The notes beneath the pieces were generated by a model, which saw only the letters and a program-made list of their open reading frames with translations, ran no database searches and was not told the origin of the DNA. Source: a virus. From it: DNA of 64,000 nucleotides. This document shows positions 48,269 to 57,804 of this stretch, one piece after another (position 1 is the stretch's first letter; each line of letters begins with the position of its first letter). The stretch lies in IMG/VR virus record IMGVR_UViG_3300001589_000003, positions 1 to 64,000 of that record; one strand, given 5' to 3'. A program made the position numbers and the translations under genes.

Positions 48269-48582
48269 GTTAGTAATTCTTTTCTAGTTGTACATATTAC
48301 TAGGGGTGGTACCATTGGTAGTGTTACCATACTGGCTCCTACTGGTAATAGAGCTTTCATCGTAGTATTAGCTGTACCTTTTTCTCTAGCATTATCCATA
48401 TCATCTGCCTTGGCTACATTGTGCTTCATTATCCTATTGAACTCAATGTACCATGTTTTCTTGTTCCTACTCTTTGGATGAATAAGAGATTTTACTACCT
48501 GAGTAGTCATTATACTCTGTGTTTGTGGGTCTATGAAGAATATTTCATCTCCTACCTCTGATTCTGAAAATGGTTTTTTCAT
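48181..48582 (-). CDS. Hypothetical protein
   Basis: ORF track. Confidence 0.6.
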   Translation of the reverse strand: MKKPFSESEVGDEIFFIDPQTQSIMTTQVVKSLIHPKSRNKKTWYIEFNRIMKHNVAKADDMDNAREKGTANTTMKALLPVGASMVTLPMVPPLVICTTRKELLTWMEKDRAPVKSMIDRFTKDQQESSKKKR

Positions 48583-48746
48583 AGCTCTAGGGTTGAAATG
48601 TTAGAATCACCCTTGCTTTCATTTATCTCCTTTTGTACCAATTTACTAACCCTGTGGGCTATCGTGGTATCATATGGATGAGTTAGATGTTCTTTTGTAA
48701 AACTATCTAGCATTGATTTGAATGATATAAGCTCGGGTCTATTCAT
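48579..48746 (-). CDS. Hypothetical protein (55 aa)
   Basis: Manual translation MNRPELISFKSMLDSF...; ATGA overlap. Confidence 0.5.
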   Translation of the reverse strand: MNRPELISFKSMLDSFTKEHLTHPYDTTIAHRVSKLVQKEINESKGDSNISTLEL

Positions 48747-48759
48747 AATAAGTGGGTTT

Positions 48760-48784
48760 AAAAAAAGGAGCCATCTCTGGCTCC
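48760..48784 (-). terminator. Terminator
   Basis: GGAGCCA/TGGCTCC with T7 tail on minus. Confidence 0.8.
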
Positions 48785-48791
48785 CTAGGGT

Positions 48792-49268
48792 TTATTTTTT
48801 CTTTTTCTTCTTTTTCTTTTTGTCTTTTTTGTCATCGTCCTCCTCAGTGTCCTCCCAGTTAACATCACCCCCTCCATCAAGGTTTAGTTCTTCTTTAACC
48901 ATGTCTCTAAGATCATCAAGGTCATCAGCATTATCTGGGTCCAAGTCTAGCTTATCAGCCTTGATAAGTTTTTTGAGCTCTTTCTTGTTCATACCATCAA
49001 TCTCATCAGCTGTGTGAGTAGCTGCTTCTTCTTTAGGCTCTTCTTTCTTAGCCTTCTTTTCTTTTTTAGGCTTTTCCTCCTTCTCTACTACCTCAGCCTC
49101 TGGGTCTGGAACTAGAGTGCTCAATGATTCAAGATCATCAAACCCAACTATCACCTGAACTATCAGAGCAGTATTATCATTGAATTGAATAGATAAGGCA
49201 CCCGAGGATAGCACCTCTGAGCTCTCAATCTGTTTACCTGCGTAAATGTCTCCTTTTGCTTTTGCCAT
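48792..49268 (-). CDS. Charged protein with helix-extension-helix-like motif and poly-Lys tail
   Basis: EIDGMNKKELKKLIKADKLDLD. Confidence 0.7.
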   Translation of the reverse strand: MAKAKGDIYAGKQIESSEVLSSGALSIQFNDNTALIVQVIVGFDDLESLSTLVPDPEAEVVEKEEKPKKEKKAKKEEPKEEAATHTADEIDGMNKKELKKLIKADKLDLDPDNADDLDDLRDMVKEELNLDGGGDVNWEDTEEDDDKKDKKKKKKKKK

Positions 49269-49371
49269 TTTTTATTTATTGTTTAATTGTTAAAATACTT
49301 GGTAATATAAAGGGTAGCTTTCGTTTGCCACTAGTCACTACCCTTTACTAATCAACCATTCATTACTAGTC

Positions 49372-49626
49372 CTACACTAGTTTCTTAAACCTCAAGGTTG
49401 CTATACCTTCTTGGTCGGCATCTGCCAATGTTTGCTTAGCCATCTGTCTCTGTAAGTTGTTAAAGTTAGAAACTTCCTTGGATTTCATAACAATTTCGGT
49501 AGACATTATATTTAACTCTGATTCTGCTGCTAGCTCATTGGCTTCACTCTCATCAAATTTCATTTCTACATCAGTGCCATTTCTAGTTAGTTTGGCTTTT
49601 ACTTCAAATGTTTTTATTGTGTGCAT
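49372..49626 (-). CDS. Hypothetical protein
   Basis: ORF track. Confidence 0.6.
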   Translation of the reverse strand: MHTIKTFEVKAKLTRNGTDVEMKFDESEANELAAESELNIMSTEIVMKSKEVSNFNNLQRQMAKQTLADADQEGIATLRFKKLV

Positions 49627-49972
49627 TTTCCTGGTCTTTTAGTTTTCTCTCTCTTCTTCTTAAAATAGTTCTAAAGTTCTTTTTTGATTGAACCGTTATA
49701 CGTTTTGCTGGATAATCATATTTTTCTACTGGTATGGATGTCATTTCATGTTTCCATAATAGTACTTTAAATTTAAGCCCATGTATTAATGCCTTCTCAC
49801 CTTTTATTACTATATACCTTCTAAAGTTATGTCCAAGGTAATCTTCGATAGCTTTAATAGCATGTCCTTTCTTTTTAAATGTATTCCTAAACAATACAGG
49901 GCTATGAAGTATTGTGCAGTCCACAACATAGTACCTCTTAGGTTTTATTTTCTTTTTTCTCCAACTCATCAA
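49604..49972 (-). CDS. Basic protein with YxYP...KKNFR motif
   Basis: EKYDYPAKRITVQSKKNFRTILRR. Confidence 0.65.
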   Translation of the reverse strand: MMSWRKKKIKPKRYYVVDCTILHSPVLFRNTFKKKGHAIKAIEDYLGHNFRRYIVIKGEKALIHGLKFKVLLWKHEMTSIPVEKYDYPAKRITVQSKKNFRTILRRRERKLKDQENAHNKNI

Positions 49973-50558
49973 TAGCTCGTTTCATCCACATCTTAACCGA
50001 TTTCTCTAGGGCATCTGGAAATACCTTCTTTACCTCCAAGTACATCTTAGGAGCAAAGTTCTTGTATAGCTCTTTTACCTCGTATTTGTGTCTCAGCTTA
50101 TCATATAGATCACTAGTTAAATCATAGGTTAAACTTTTCTTGGTACCTTCGTATATACCAAACTTATTCTTACTCTTCTTTTCTCGTTTTTTCTTTGGTA
50201 TTCTAGTCTTTCTTAAGGACTTAGTTTTAACGGTGATGTTATTATCCTCATCCGTATTTGAAAATCTTTTAAATTGCCTTACTGGGTCTTTCTTTTTATA
50301 ACCCCTCTTTTTCAATTGTTTGTCCATCCATAGGTCGAAGTCTTCCAACAACTCCCTGTCCATAGGTTGGTCGTAGTTTCTTATAAACCAAGATGATAGT
50401 GAACCCTGATCCCCTTCGACTAGCTCATCGAAGTCCATACCCCTCATAATACAGGCAGCTTGTAAATCTCTGTATACAAATGAGGCTAATTCCTTATAAG
50501 CAGAATATTTAGGGTGGTCCCTGCTTATGTTTAGATTGAATTTGTTTTTTCTTGACAT
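49938..50558 (-). CDS. Hypothetical protein
   Basis: ORF track; first gene after promoter. Confidence 0.7.
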   Translation of the reverse strand: MSRKNKFNLNISRDHPKYSAYKELASFVYRDLQAACIMRGMDFDELVEGDQGSLSSWFIRNYDQPMDRELLEDFDLWMDKQLKKRGYKKKDPVRQFKRFSNTDEDNNITVKTKSLRKTRIPKKKREKKSKNKFGIYEGTKKSLTYDLTSDLYDKLRHKYEVKELYKNFAPKMYLEVKKVFPDALEKSVKMWMKRAIDELEKKENKT

Positions 50559-50583
50559 GATTTTTTATTGAATGAATGATATT

Positions 50584-50614
50584 CAAATATATAATAAATC
50601 ATAGATAGATCAAA
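50584..50614 (-). promoter_or_regulatory. Consensus Bacteroidota promoter
   Basis: TTTG (50611-50614)-N19-TATATTTG (50584-50591). Confidence 0.8.
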
Positions 50615-51599
50615 TACCTAATTTTTTATTCTTCTTTAGTCTTTTCCTGGCTTTGTTTGGGTCTTTGTTCTTGGGGTTTAGCAATTGTAAGTCCAAGTCC
50701 TTAAGTGCTGATTCCAAGAACTTCCTAGAGGCTATTCTCTTACGTATGTTGTTATAATTCAAAGCATAACCAGTCATTTGTCTGAACTTGGGCCAGAATA
50801 ATTGACCCTCTACTGGGTTCTTTGGCTCGTCAAAGTTGTAGTTGTATAACAAGTCCAGAAACTGCTCAGCTCTTTCTGGTCTAGTGAATAGGTATAGGCC
50901 CACCCTTGATAATTCCCTAGCTGTATCGTCACTGTGCTCCACCTCAATGATTGAGTCGGCATAGTCAACGAATTTAGAGAATATGGGTACATATAATAGG
51001 TTATTTGGTTTTCTAGTCTTTGATGTATAAGAGTATCTTTTTATTATTTGCTCAACAGTGAACGTATTCATGGTTAATAGGTTCTTTATGTTGTTCTTAT
51101 CATTGTTCTTGTTTCTCCTTTTGAATGCTGATGGCTCTTGTATCTCTTTGGGTAATATTCTAAAGTTATTCCATCGGTCGAATTCAAATACCATTAGGGC
51201 AAAGTTCTTATCTACAACAGATTTGGAGTTAACTAGCCTTTCCATCTCATCTATGATAATTTTATCCCTAACTGATGTTATGGTGAATTTTATCTTATCC
51301 ACCTTTGCTACAGCTTCATTGGTTTTCATCCTTTGCTTTATAGCATAGTTTAGGTATTTTCTAAATCTCTTGTCTATTTTTACATAGCTGGGTATAACAG
51401 TATCATACATAGTTAAATGCTCTGAAAACATCTTTAAAAAATGTTGGGCTCTTGCCTCTATCTCTAGGAATTTATAATGAGCTCTTTCCATGATCTCACC
51501 TGCTTCCCAAGTGGATTTACCATGACCATACCTTAGAGATAAAGCTAGTTGCTCATCCTCAAGTAATAATTTCCAAGCCTTTTTATTATAACCTGTCAT
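50610..51599 (-). CDS. Putative transcription factor with N-terminal sigma70 region-4-like HTH
   Basis: LLEDEQLALSLRYGHGKSTWEAGEIMERAHYKFLEIEARA. Confidence 0.6.
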   Translation of the reverse strand: MTGYNKKAWKLLLEDEQLALSLRYGHGKSTWEAGEIMERAHYKFLEIEARAQHFLKMFSEHLTMYDTVIPSYVKIDKRFRKYLNYAIKQRMKTNEAVAKVDKIKFTITSVRDKIIIDEMERLVNSKSVVDKNFALMVFEFDRWNNFRILPKEIQEPSAFKRRNKNNDKNNIKNLLTMNTFTVEQIIKRYSYTSKTRKPNNLLYVPIFSKFVDYADSIIEVEHSDDTARELSRVGLYLFTRPERAEQFLDLLYNYNFDEPKNPVEGQLFWPKFRQMTGYALNYNNIRKRIASRKFLESALKDLDLQLLNPKNKDPNKARKRLKKNKKLGI

Positions 51600-52276
51600 T
51601 TTTTCTTAAGTTTATATTCCATCTCATCAGTTGATAGCTCCTTCATTTCTGTGTTCATGAAGGACTCCTTGTATATAGTGTAGAAGATGTTCTCAAAGGA
51701 TACTGTAACCCTTGACATGTGAGTTTGCAATAGTAATTTTACCTCTACTTCTTTTTTCTTTTTCTTTACCTTTATTATTTCTGCATCCAGACCATCGAAT
51801 GGATACCCCTTCAATACAACTATCTTACCTTCATATAGGTTTTCTACATCCGCTGCACTATATATTGATTTAGAATTCTGGCTTTTTCTTATCCTTATTA
51901 TCTCCTTGGTAGTTACTATACCTATGCCCATTGGGTTGTGTAAGAAGTAGCTAGGGTTCTTAGTGTAGTCAAGATCAGTGTATGCGCATCTATCAGTTAC
52001 CCAAGCATAAATGGCTGTTATATCCTTTTGCATTTGTTTTAGCAAATGGCTATTAGGTAGGAAGTATTTAGGAACACTAAAGAACCCGTAGTTAAATAAG
52101 AATGGTATATCTTCAAAATGTTCTTTGCCTTTGTGTCTCTTATTTAAAACACTTACCATGGGTACAAATGAAGTGACACCCTTATAAACATTAGACTTCT
52201 TTAAGTCATCCTGTATAGTGCTTATATGTTTAGATGATATATAAGCACCGATCCAAATTACTGGTCTTTTTGCCAT
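51596..52276 (-). CDS. NusG/RfaH/UpxY-like transcription elongation factor
   Basis: NGN-like IPFLFNYGFF and KOW GKIVVLKGYPFDGLDAEIIKV. Confidence 0.8.
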   Translation of the reverse strand: MAKRPVIWIGAYISSKHISTIQDDLKKSNVYKGVTSFVPMVSVLNKRHKGKEHFEDIPFLFNYGFFSVPKYFLPNSHLLKQMQKDITAIYAWVTDRCAYTDLDYTKNPSYFLHNPMGIGIVTTKEIIRIRKSQNSKSIYSAADVENLYEGKIVVLKGYPFDGLDAEIIKVKKKKKEVEVKLLLQTHMSRVTVSFENIFYTIYKESFMNTEMKELSTDEMEYKLKKK

Positions 52277-52806
52277 CTCTTAGTTTGAATTTTTCTAGCT
52301 ACCTTTTCAAATTTCTTCCACTTAATATCAAGTAGGGCGTTTGTAGATGTCATAAACAATCTTTGCCCTTGATTTGTTATAATTATAGATTTGGGTTTTT
52401 GTAATTTTATGGACTTACTTAGTATCTTGTAATCCAAATAGGACATGATAACAAAGAATAACCCCTTAGGTAATCCATTGTATCTCATGAATAACATAGG
52501 CATCTTCTCACCCCTTACTCCATCTTCTAGTGCTTGATTCCAGAACTTAAGAACCTCCGACTCTACATTGTAGAACATCTTCTCGAAGTTTATGTCTCTA
52601 TAGTTTTTTACCTCTATGGTTAGTGGAAATACGTAGTTCTTCTTTACACATATTATATCACCCACTGTATAGTCCAGAACATGTCCTCTTAGTCCTCCTG
52701 ATGCTGGGCTTCTTTTAAAACTCATACCACTCCACTCTTCCCACCACTCTATAGCCTGTTTTTCTCCTCGTGCGCCTTTTGCCCTAGAATCTACTTTTTT
52801 AGCCAT
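52258..52806 (-). CDS. Holliday junction resolvase (PD-(D/E)xK, Hjc-like)
   Basis: SRAKGARGE...RSPASGG...GDI...IEVKN. Confidence 0.85.
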   Translation of the reverse strand: MAKKVDSRAKGARGEKQAIEWWEEWSGMSFKRSPASGGLRGHVLDYTVGDIICVKKNYVFPLTIEVKNYRDINFEKMFYNVESEVLKFWNQALEDGVRGEKMPMLFMRYNGLPKGLFFVIMSYLDYKILSKSIKLQKPKSIIITNQGQRLFMTSTNALLDIKWKKFEKVARKIQTKRWQKDQ

Positions 52807-52849
52807 GTTATTGTTTATTAGATATATTGATCAATAGTACAATGCGATA

Positions 52850-53212
52850 CTACTGGGTTTGGCACCCTTTACTGTAGCCTGCATGTCTACCATTTTTATG
52901 AGCATCCTCAAAATTTTCACTCTGAGTAAGCCATCTAAGATTAGTGTATAAGTTATTATGTTTATTAAAATCTATGTGATCTACATGTAATCCTGGTTTA
53001 TACCCATCTACAAAAGCCATTGCTACTAGCCTATGTAGGTACATAGTTTTTCTACTTTTATAATTTTCATCAGTTATTAGGGTTACTAATATGTATCTCT
53101 GTTTTCTATTAGATGTTTTTCTAACTTTGCCAGTTCTAATATTTCTAACTTTACCGTGGTTAGAGACTTGGTACTTACTAAACCCTTGTATATCTTTCCA
53201 AATTTCCTTCAT
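52850..53212 (-). CDS. Free-standing NUMOD4-HNH homing endonuclease
   Basis: MKEIWKDIQGFSKYQVSNHGKVR; HRLVAMAF; VDHIDFNKHNNLYTNLRW. Confidence 0.9.
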   Translation of the reverse strand: MKEIWKDIQGFSKYQVSNHGKVRNIRTGKVRKTSNRKQRYILVTLITDENYKSRKTMYLHRLVAMAFVDGYKPGLHVDHIDFNKHNNLYTNLRWLTQSENFEDAHKNGRHAGYSKGCQTQ

Positions 53213-53232
53213 ATAGTACAATAGCATATTGT

Positions 53233-55095
53233 CTATAATATCACTGTAGCACCGCTGCTGGCCCGTCTGAGTGATATTTGATTGTCTATATTGCTGGATA
53301 GGAACTCCTTCCTGTGGGTTACTAGGTGAAGTGGTAAATTCCTAGATTTTAGTAGAATTAACTCGGCTACCATGTCTATATTGGATTCGTCTAGTGACTC
53401 AAATATCTCATCCATTATGAGTAGGTTAACACTTCTTGATTTGTGTATAACATCATGGATGGATAGAGCTAAGCATACATCTACCAATTGTTGTTCTCCC
53501 CCTGACAAACTTGGGTAATCCCTTATATTATCCCCTTCGTAAATGAAGGCATTGAAATCTTTGTTACCTGACTCTAAGTCTATGAATAAATCAACTCTAA
53601 ACCCTAGGCTCTTTGAGTATTCTAGCATGGCATTATTCACCAAGGCTAATTGAGATTGGAATATGTAATTCTTTAAGCCCTTGTTGGATAGAGCATCAGT
53701 TATTACCCACTCAAGTAATTTTACCTCCTCTATTAAACTGTCCCTATCAGGCTTTAGTATCTTTAGAGTTTTCTTATATTCCTTTACCTCAGTTTTGTAT
53801 TTATTTAGCTCTTCTTTGTTTATGGGTTTTGATTTAAGGTCATCATATTTTTTTCTGAGTTCCTTTAGTTTTTTGTTCTCGCTCTTAAATATGTCTGGAT
53901 TATACTCTATGGTATCATATCCCACATTTATCACTTCCTCTAGTGAGTTTCTATTACTTAAATGATCATCTTTCAATGATTCTAATATCTTGATACTAGA
54001 GTCTAGTTTTTTTAACTCCTTTTTCATGGTTTTTATACCCTTCTTCTTTACCTTATATTCTTCTTGACATCTCTCAAGGTTTTTACTCACAGTAGCCATT
54101 TGTTTTTCAAATAACTCCTTATCCAGAGGTTGACCACACTCATTACATTTTTTGATCTTGGACATTAGTGATATCTTTAAATCACCTATCTCTTTTTTCT
54201 TAGCCTTTACCATGGATATTTCACCAGATAGGTTTAGGTCTATTCTAAATTGTTGTTTTTCTACAGTCTCATATTTACTCATTTGTTTCTCCAATGAGTC
54301 TAAGTTTTTACGTATAGATTTCTCTTTATCTCTTAGCTCTTGGTACTCTGTTTTAGATTTATTTAACCTGTCGATTGTATTCTCTTTTAAGGCTATATCA
54401 TCAGCTACATTCTGTAAATCATCCATTAGCCTAGTTTCCATTGAGGCTATGAATTCTTTCTTTGTAGCTATTTTATCTTTTGTTACCTCTATCTCTTGTT
54501 TCTTATCCTCCAGTAAGCTTTTAGTATTAATTAGGTCTTTAGATGCTTTCTCTTTACCCTGTGCTATATAAGGAACATCAAAAGCCTCCTCAAACATCTG
54601 TTTCTGATTAGGGCCTCTCTCTGATAGTAGTCTGGTTAACTTTTGACCGAATAAAATTGAGCTTTTAAATAACAAAAGAGACATACCTAAAAGCTCCTCT
54701 ATTTTTTTCTGCTGATCCTTCTTGTCCCTAAGCTTTTCTAGCCATATTCCAGACACATATACAAAAATACCATTTCCACCTCTCACATCTCCCACCTTAT
54801 CTTTGTAGTTTTTGCATCTTATAATTTTTACCTTCTTACCATCTACTAATAACTTCACCGTAACTTTGGTACCCTTGAAGGTAGTTAGTCCTTTTATAAC
54901 ATCCTCCCAAGGCTCTACTGATTTCCCGCCTATTGTTTTACCATACAATACCCAAGTTAACGCCGAAAAAATAGTGGTCTTTCCAGAACCATTTTTCCCG
55001 AATATTAAGTTAGTTCCTGACTGATCTAACCTATATGGAAATGGCTCCAGTATTGAGCCAAATCCTTCTATTAGTATGTTTTTAAATATTATCAT
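53233..55095 (-). CDS. sbcC: SbcC/Rad50 (gp46-like) ATPase
   Basis: GKNGSGKT, coiled coil with CNECG zinc hook, LSGGE, LIMDE. Confidence 0.93.
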   Translation of the reverse strand: MIIFKNILIEGFGSILEPFPYRLDQSGTNLIFGKNGSGKTTIFSALTWVLYGKTIGGKSVEPWEDVIKGLTTFKGTKVTVKLLVDGKKVKIIRCKNYKDKVGDVRGGNGIFVYVSGIWLEKLRDKKDQQKKIEELLGMSLLLFKSSILFGQKLTRLLSERGPNQKQMFEEAFDVPYIAQGKEKASKDLINTKSLLEDKKQEIEVTKDKIATKKEFIASMETRLMDDLQNVADDIALKENTIDRLNKSKTEYQELRDKEKSIRKNLDSLEKQMSKYETVEKQQFRIDLNLSGEISMVKAKKKEIGDLKISLMSKIKKCNECGQPLDKELFEKQMATVSKNLERCQEEYKVKKKGIKTMKKELKKLDSSIKILESLKDDHLSNRNSLEEVINVGYDTIEYNPDIFKSENKKLKELRKKYDDLKSKPINKEELNKYKTEVKEYKKTLKILKPDRDSLIEEVKLLEWVITDALSNKGLKNYIFQSQLALVNNAMLEYSKSLGFRVDLFIDLESGNKDFNAFIYEGDNIRDYPSLSGGEQQLVDVCLALSIHDVIHKSRSVNLLIMDEIFESLDESNIDMVAELILLKSRNLPLHLVTHRKEFLSSNIDNQISLRRASSGATVIL

Positions 55096-55454
55096 TGCTG
55101 AACAAATCTTTTAACAGTTTTAGTTTTAGATAACTCAATTGTACCCATAAACCTAGTTAAGGGTTGAATGAAAGTTTGAATCCTAGGTTTTTTAATTGTT
55201 TTAACTTTACCTGCTCTCTTGTGACCCTCTGGATGTAACACTTGAGTTCTCTCCCCATTCACCCACTCCCATACTGGAACGAACCTATATTGAACTTCCA
55301 ATCTTCTATACATCACATAGGGAACCCTAAGCTTTCTCCACTTCTCTTTGTCATTCATAGTATGGGTTACAACCCCCTGTACTATGTATAGTTCTCCCTT
55401 ATAGTGTTGGTATACTCCAGGTTGTACATCATACTCATTTATCCAGTCCATCAT
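55092..55454 (-). CDS. DUF1653-like protein
   Basis: PGVYQHYKGELYIV. Confidence 0.7.
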   Translation of the reverse strand: MMDWINEYDVQPGVYQHYKGELYIVQGVVTHTMNDKEKWRKLRVPYVMYRRLEVQYRFVPVWEWVNGERTQVLHPEGHKRAGKVKTIKKPRIQTFIQPLTRFMGTIELSKTKTVKRFVQQ

Positions 55455-56421
55455 TTTCTAGGTATTTAATTAAAGTGTTCCTTTTTTCCTTGGATTTAAT
55501 ACCCTTTACTTTTAGGTATTTTTTAGCTAGTTTTTTAGCTTTATCCTTGGGTTTAAATAATAAGTCATCTGCCTCGGTGGTTTTAATTATATCCTTTGGT
55601 ATTTGAATCCAGAAATCAGTTTCATTTCCAGGCTCTTCACCCTCATTGTAGTATTTGAACTCTGGTAAGTTTAAGGGTTTAAATTTTAAAGTTCCATTTG
55701 ACATCAATAGATTTAATCCCATTGTTGTACCACTGTCAGAGGTTCTCTGCTGATGGGTTGCTCCCAGTAGGTAGGTATTACTGAAAATCTTTTGTGGTTT
55801 GTGTATGTGTCCAGATATAGCTAAATCGAATTTCTTTAAAAGCTTATATAAGTTCTTGGGCATATCTGTTTCTACCTCATACCCATTAGGCTCTACAGCC
55901 CCCGGTAGGTGAGTATGTAATAGTATTATATTCTTCTTCTTTGGCTCTATCTGTTTCGATAGTGTTTCCACAGCCTGTATAACATCTGAATTGTTAGACA
56001 TATAAGGCACACCATGTAGAGCATAAAGATCATTGTTTTTAGGTATTATAGTTTGGAGGTCTAAGTTTATTATATTTGGATATATTGTCGATAACATATT
56101 AATATAACTCGGGCTTGTATAGGCAACTGAATTTTTATCACATTGGTCATGGTTTCCAGATATGCAATATATATTTACTTTAGCCTCCTTAAATTTGTTT
56201 AGCCACTTGAAAACATGGTTGAGTACGGTGTTTTTTAGGTATTTTGGGTTATCGAAGAAATCCCCTCCAAACAATGCGTCTACCCCATGCTTAATGCATA
56301 GTTTTAATACCTTATTAAGTATTATCTCATTATGTAGTAATCTGGAGCTATCAGTGGAGAACCTCGCCCAATCCTCCACATGGGTATCTGAAAATATGAT
56401 GAACTCAACCTTATTTTTCAT
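55435..56421 (-). CDS. sbcD: SbcD/Mre11 (gp47-like) nuclease
   Basis: SDTH, GGDFFD, GNHD, SGHIH metallophosphoesterase motifs. Confidence 0.93.
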   Translation of the reverse strand: MKNKVEFIIFSDTHVEDWARFSTDSSRLLHNEIILNKVLKLCIKHGVDALFGGDFFDNPKYLKNTVLNHVFKWLNKFKEAKVNIYCISGNHDQCDKNSVAYTSPSYINMLSTIYPNIINLDLQTIIPKNNDLYALHGVPYMSNNSDVIQAVETLSKQIEPKKKNIILLHTHLPGAVEPNGYEVETDMPKNLYKLLKKFDLAISGHIHKPQKIFSNTYLLGATHQQRTSDSGTTMGLNLLMSNGTLKFKPLNLPEFKYYNEGEEPGNETDFWIQIPKDIIKTTEADDLLFKPKDKAKKLAKKYLKVKGIKSKEKRNTLIKYLENDGLDK

Positions 56422-56422
56422 A

Positions 56423-56917
56423 TTAGTTACTTTCTGAGTTTCTTAGAATAATTGTTTTTAAATCAGCAGGGCTATAATTTACGCATTTAAGTGTTTTCTT
56501 ATTATTGTCAAGGTCTATTACAAAGAATACTTCATCAACCGACACTATATCTGTATTTGGTATACCTTTTTGATTCGCGTACCACATTTGAGTTTCTTCA
56601 GCTTCTTCTATTGTTTTACAAGCTTTACTCATATTCGATCTGTGTACTTCATTGAATAACTCCCTAAATATGCTCCCTAATCCAAACTCTAATACCGAAC
56701 CCGATAGTACATACTGTAAATCACATAATGCGTCCGCTACCTCAACCAAGTCTTTTTCCACAGTTGCATCCACTAACTCTTTCAGCTCCTCTGTTATTAA
56801 GCTTATTCTTAAGGCTACCCGATCTTCTGATGGTATCGTCGGATAAGTCTCTATGGAGTTGTTGGTAATTTTATGAAACTCTCTAACTAAATTTAAGCTT
56901 TTCGGGTCTCTCATCAT
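56423..56917 (-). CDS. NTP pyrophosphohydrolase (PRA-PH/MazG-like)
   Basis: LITEELKEL...EVADALCDLQYV...EVHRSNMSK. Confidence 0.88.
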   Translation of the reverse strand: MMRDPKSLNLVREFHKITNNSIETYPTIPSEDRVALRISLITEELKELVDATVEKDLVEVADALCDLQYVLSGSVLEFGLGSIFRELFNEVHRSNMSKACKTIEEAEETQMWYANQKGIPNTDIVSVDEVFFVIDLDNNKKTLKCVNYSPADLKTIILRNSESN

Positions 56918-57804
56918 TTTAAAGTTTTAAATGGTCTAATAAATGAATTGCCCATTAGTTTTGTCATATTATACTTTCTGGCAAGTCTGTTGAATTTTTC
57001 AACATTAAGTTTCGGGTTTTTACCCCCTATGTATTCAGTTTTGAGTTGATCTTTAAATTTGGAGTAGAAGTATCTCAAGTCAATCAACACTCGGCATATA
57101 TCTATCAACTCTAGTAACTTATCTCTCTTTATTATAGTATGATCATCATTTGATTTCAAGAAGTTCGCTAAACTCCCATATTTCTCAAGTAATTGTGCTG
57201 CCTTAGTAGGACCTATACCTGGGTAACCTGGTATGTTATCAGAGTTGTCTCCTATGAGGGTTAACCAATCAACTGTGTTATGAGCATGGTAACCTTTCTC
57301 TTCAAAACAATTTTCTTCGGTTATGATGGTTTTCTTTTTCCTCTTGTCATTGAAGATACTAACGTTAGCATCTATGAGTTGGTCAAAGTCTTTATCATTA
57401 CTGATTATGATGACATTGGTAAAACCGTTCTTACCTGCTAGTTTGGTTAACTTGTAAATCATATCATCAGCTTCACCTTTGCTGTTGAATATCTGCTTTA
57501 CCCCTAGATGCTTAAACATCTTCTGTACAATGCTCTTTTGTTTTAAGAAGTTCTTGTAGTCAGTTAAAGATTTATGGGCTCTCTCCTTATAATTGGGTAA
57601 TACCTTTACCCTCTCCTTAGAGTGTCCCCCATCCCATACCAGTATCATCTCGTCTGGGTTGAATCTACTGATGTAACTTCTGACCATGGTTACTAACCCA
57701 TATATTATTGACACTACAAAATTCTTATAGGATAGCCTCGAGTAAGCATGATAAGCTTTCCAAGCTGAATTGTTACTGTCTACTATTACTAATGTCTTAC
57801 CCAT
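56914..57804 (-). CDS. 5'-3' exonuclease / flap endonuclease
   Basis: EADD, SNDKDFDQL, GDNSDNIPGYPGIGPTKA. Confidence 0.93.
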   Translation of the reverse strand: MGKTLVIVDSNNSAWKAYHAYSRLSYKNFVVSIIYGLVTMVRSYISRFNPDEMILVWDGGHSKERVKVLPNYKERAHKSLTDYKNFLKQKSIVQKMFKHLGVKQIFNSKGEADDMIYKLTKLAGKNGFTNVIIISNDKDFDQLIDANVSIFNDKRKKKTIITEENCFEEKGYHAHNTVDWLTLIGDNSDNIPGYPGIGPTKAAQLLEKYGSLANFLKSNDDHTIIKRDKLLELIDICRVLIDLRYFYSKFKDQLKTEYIGGKNPKLNVEKFNRLARKYNMTKLMGNSFIRPFKTLK

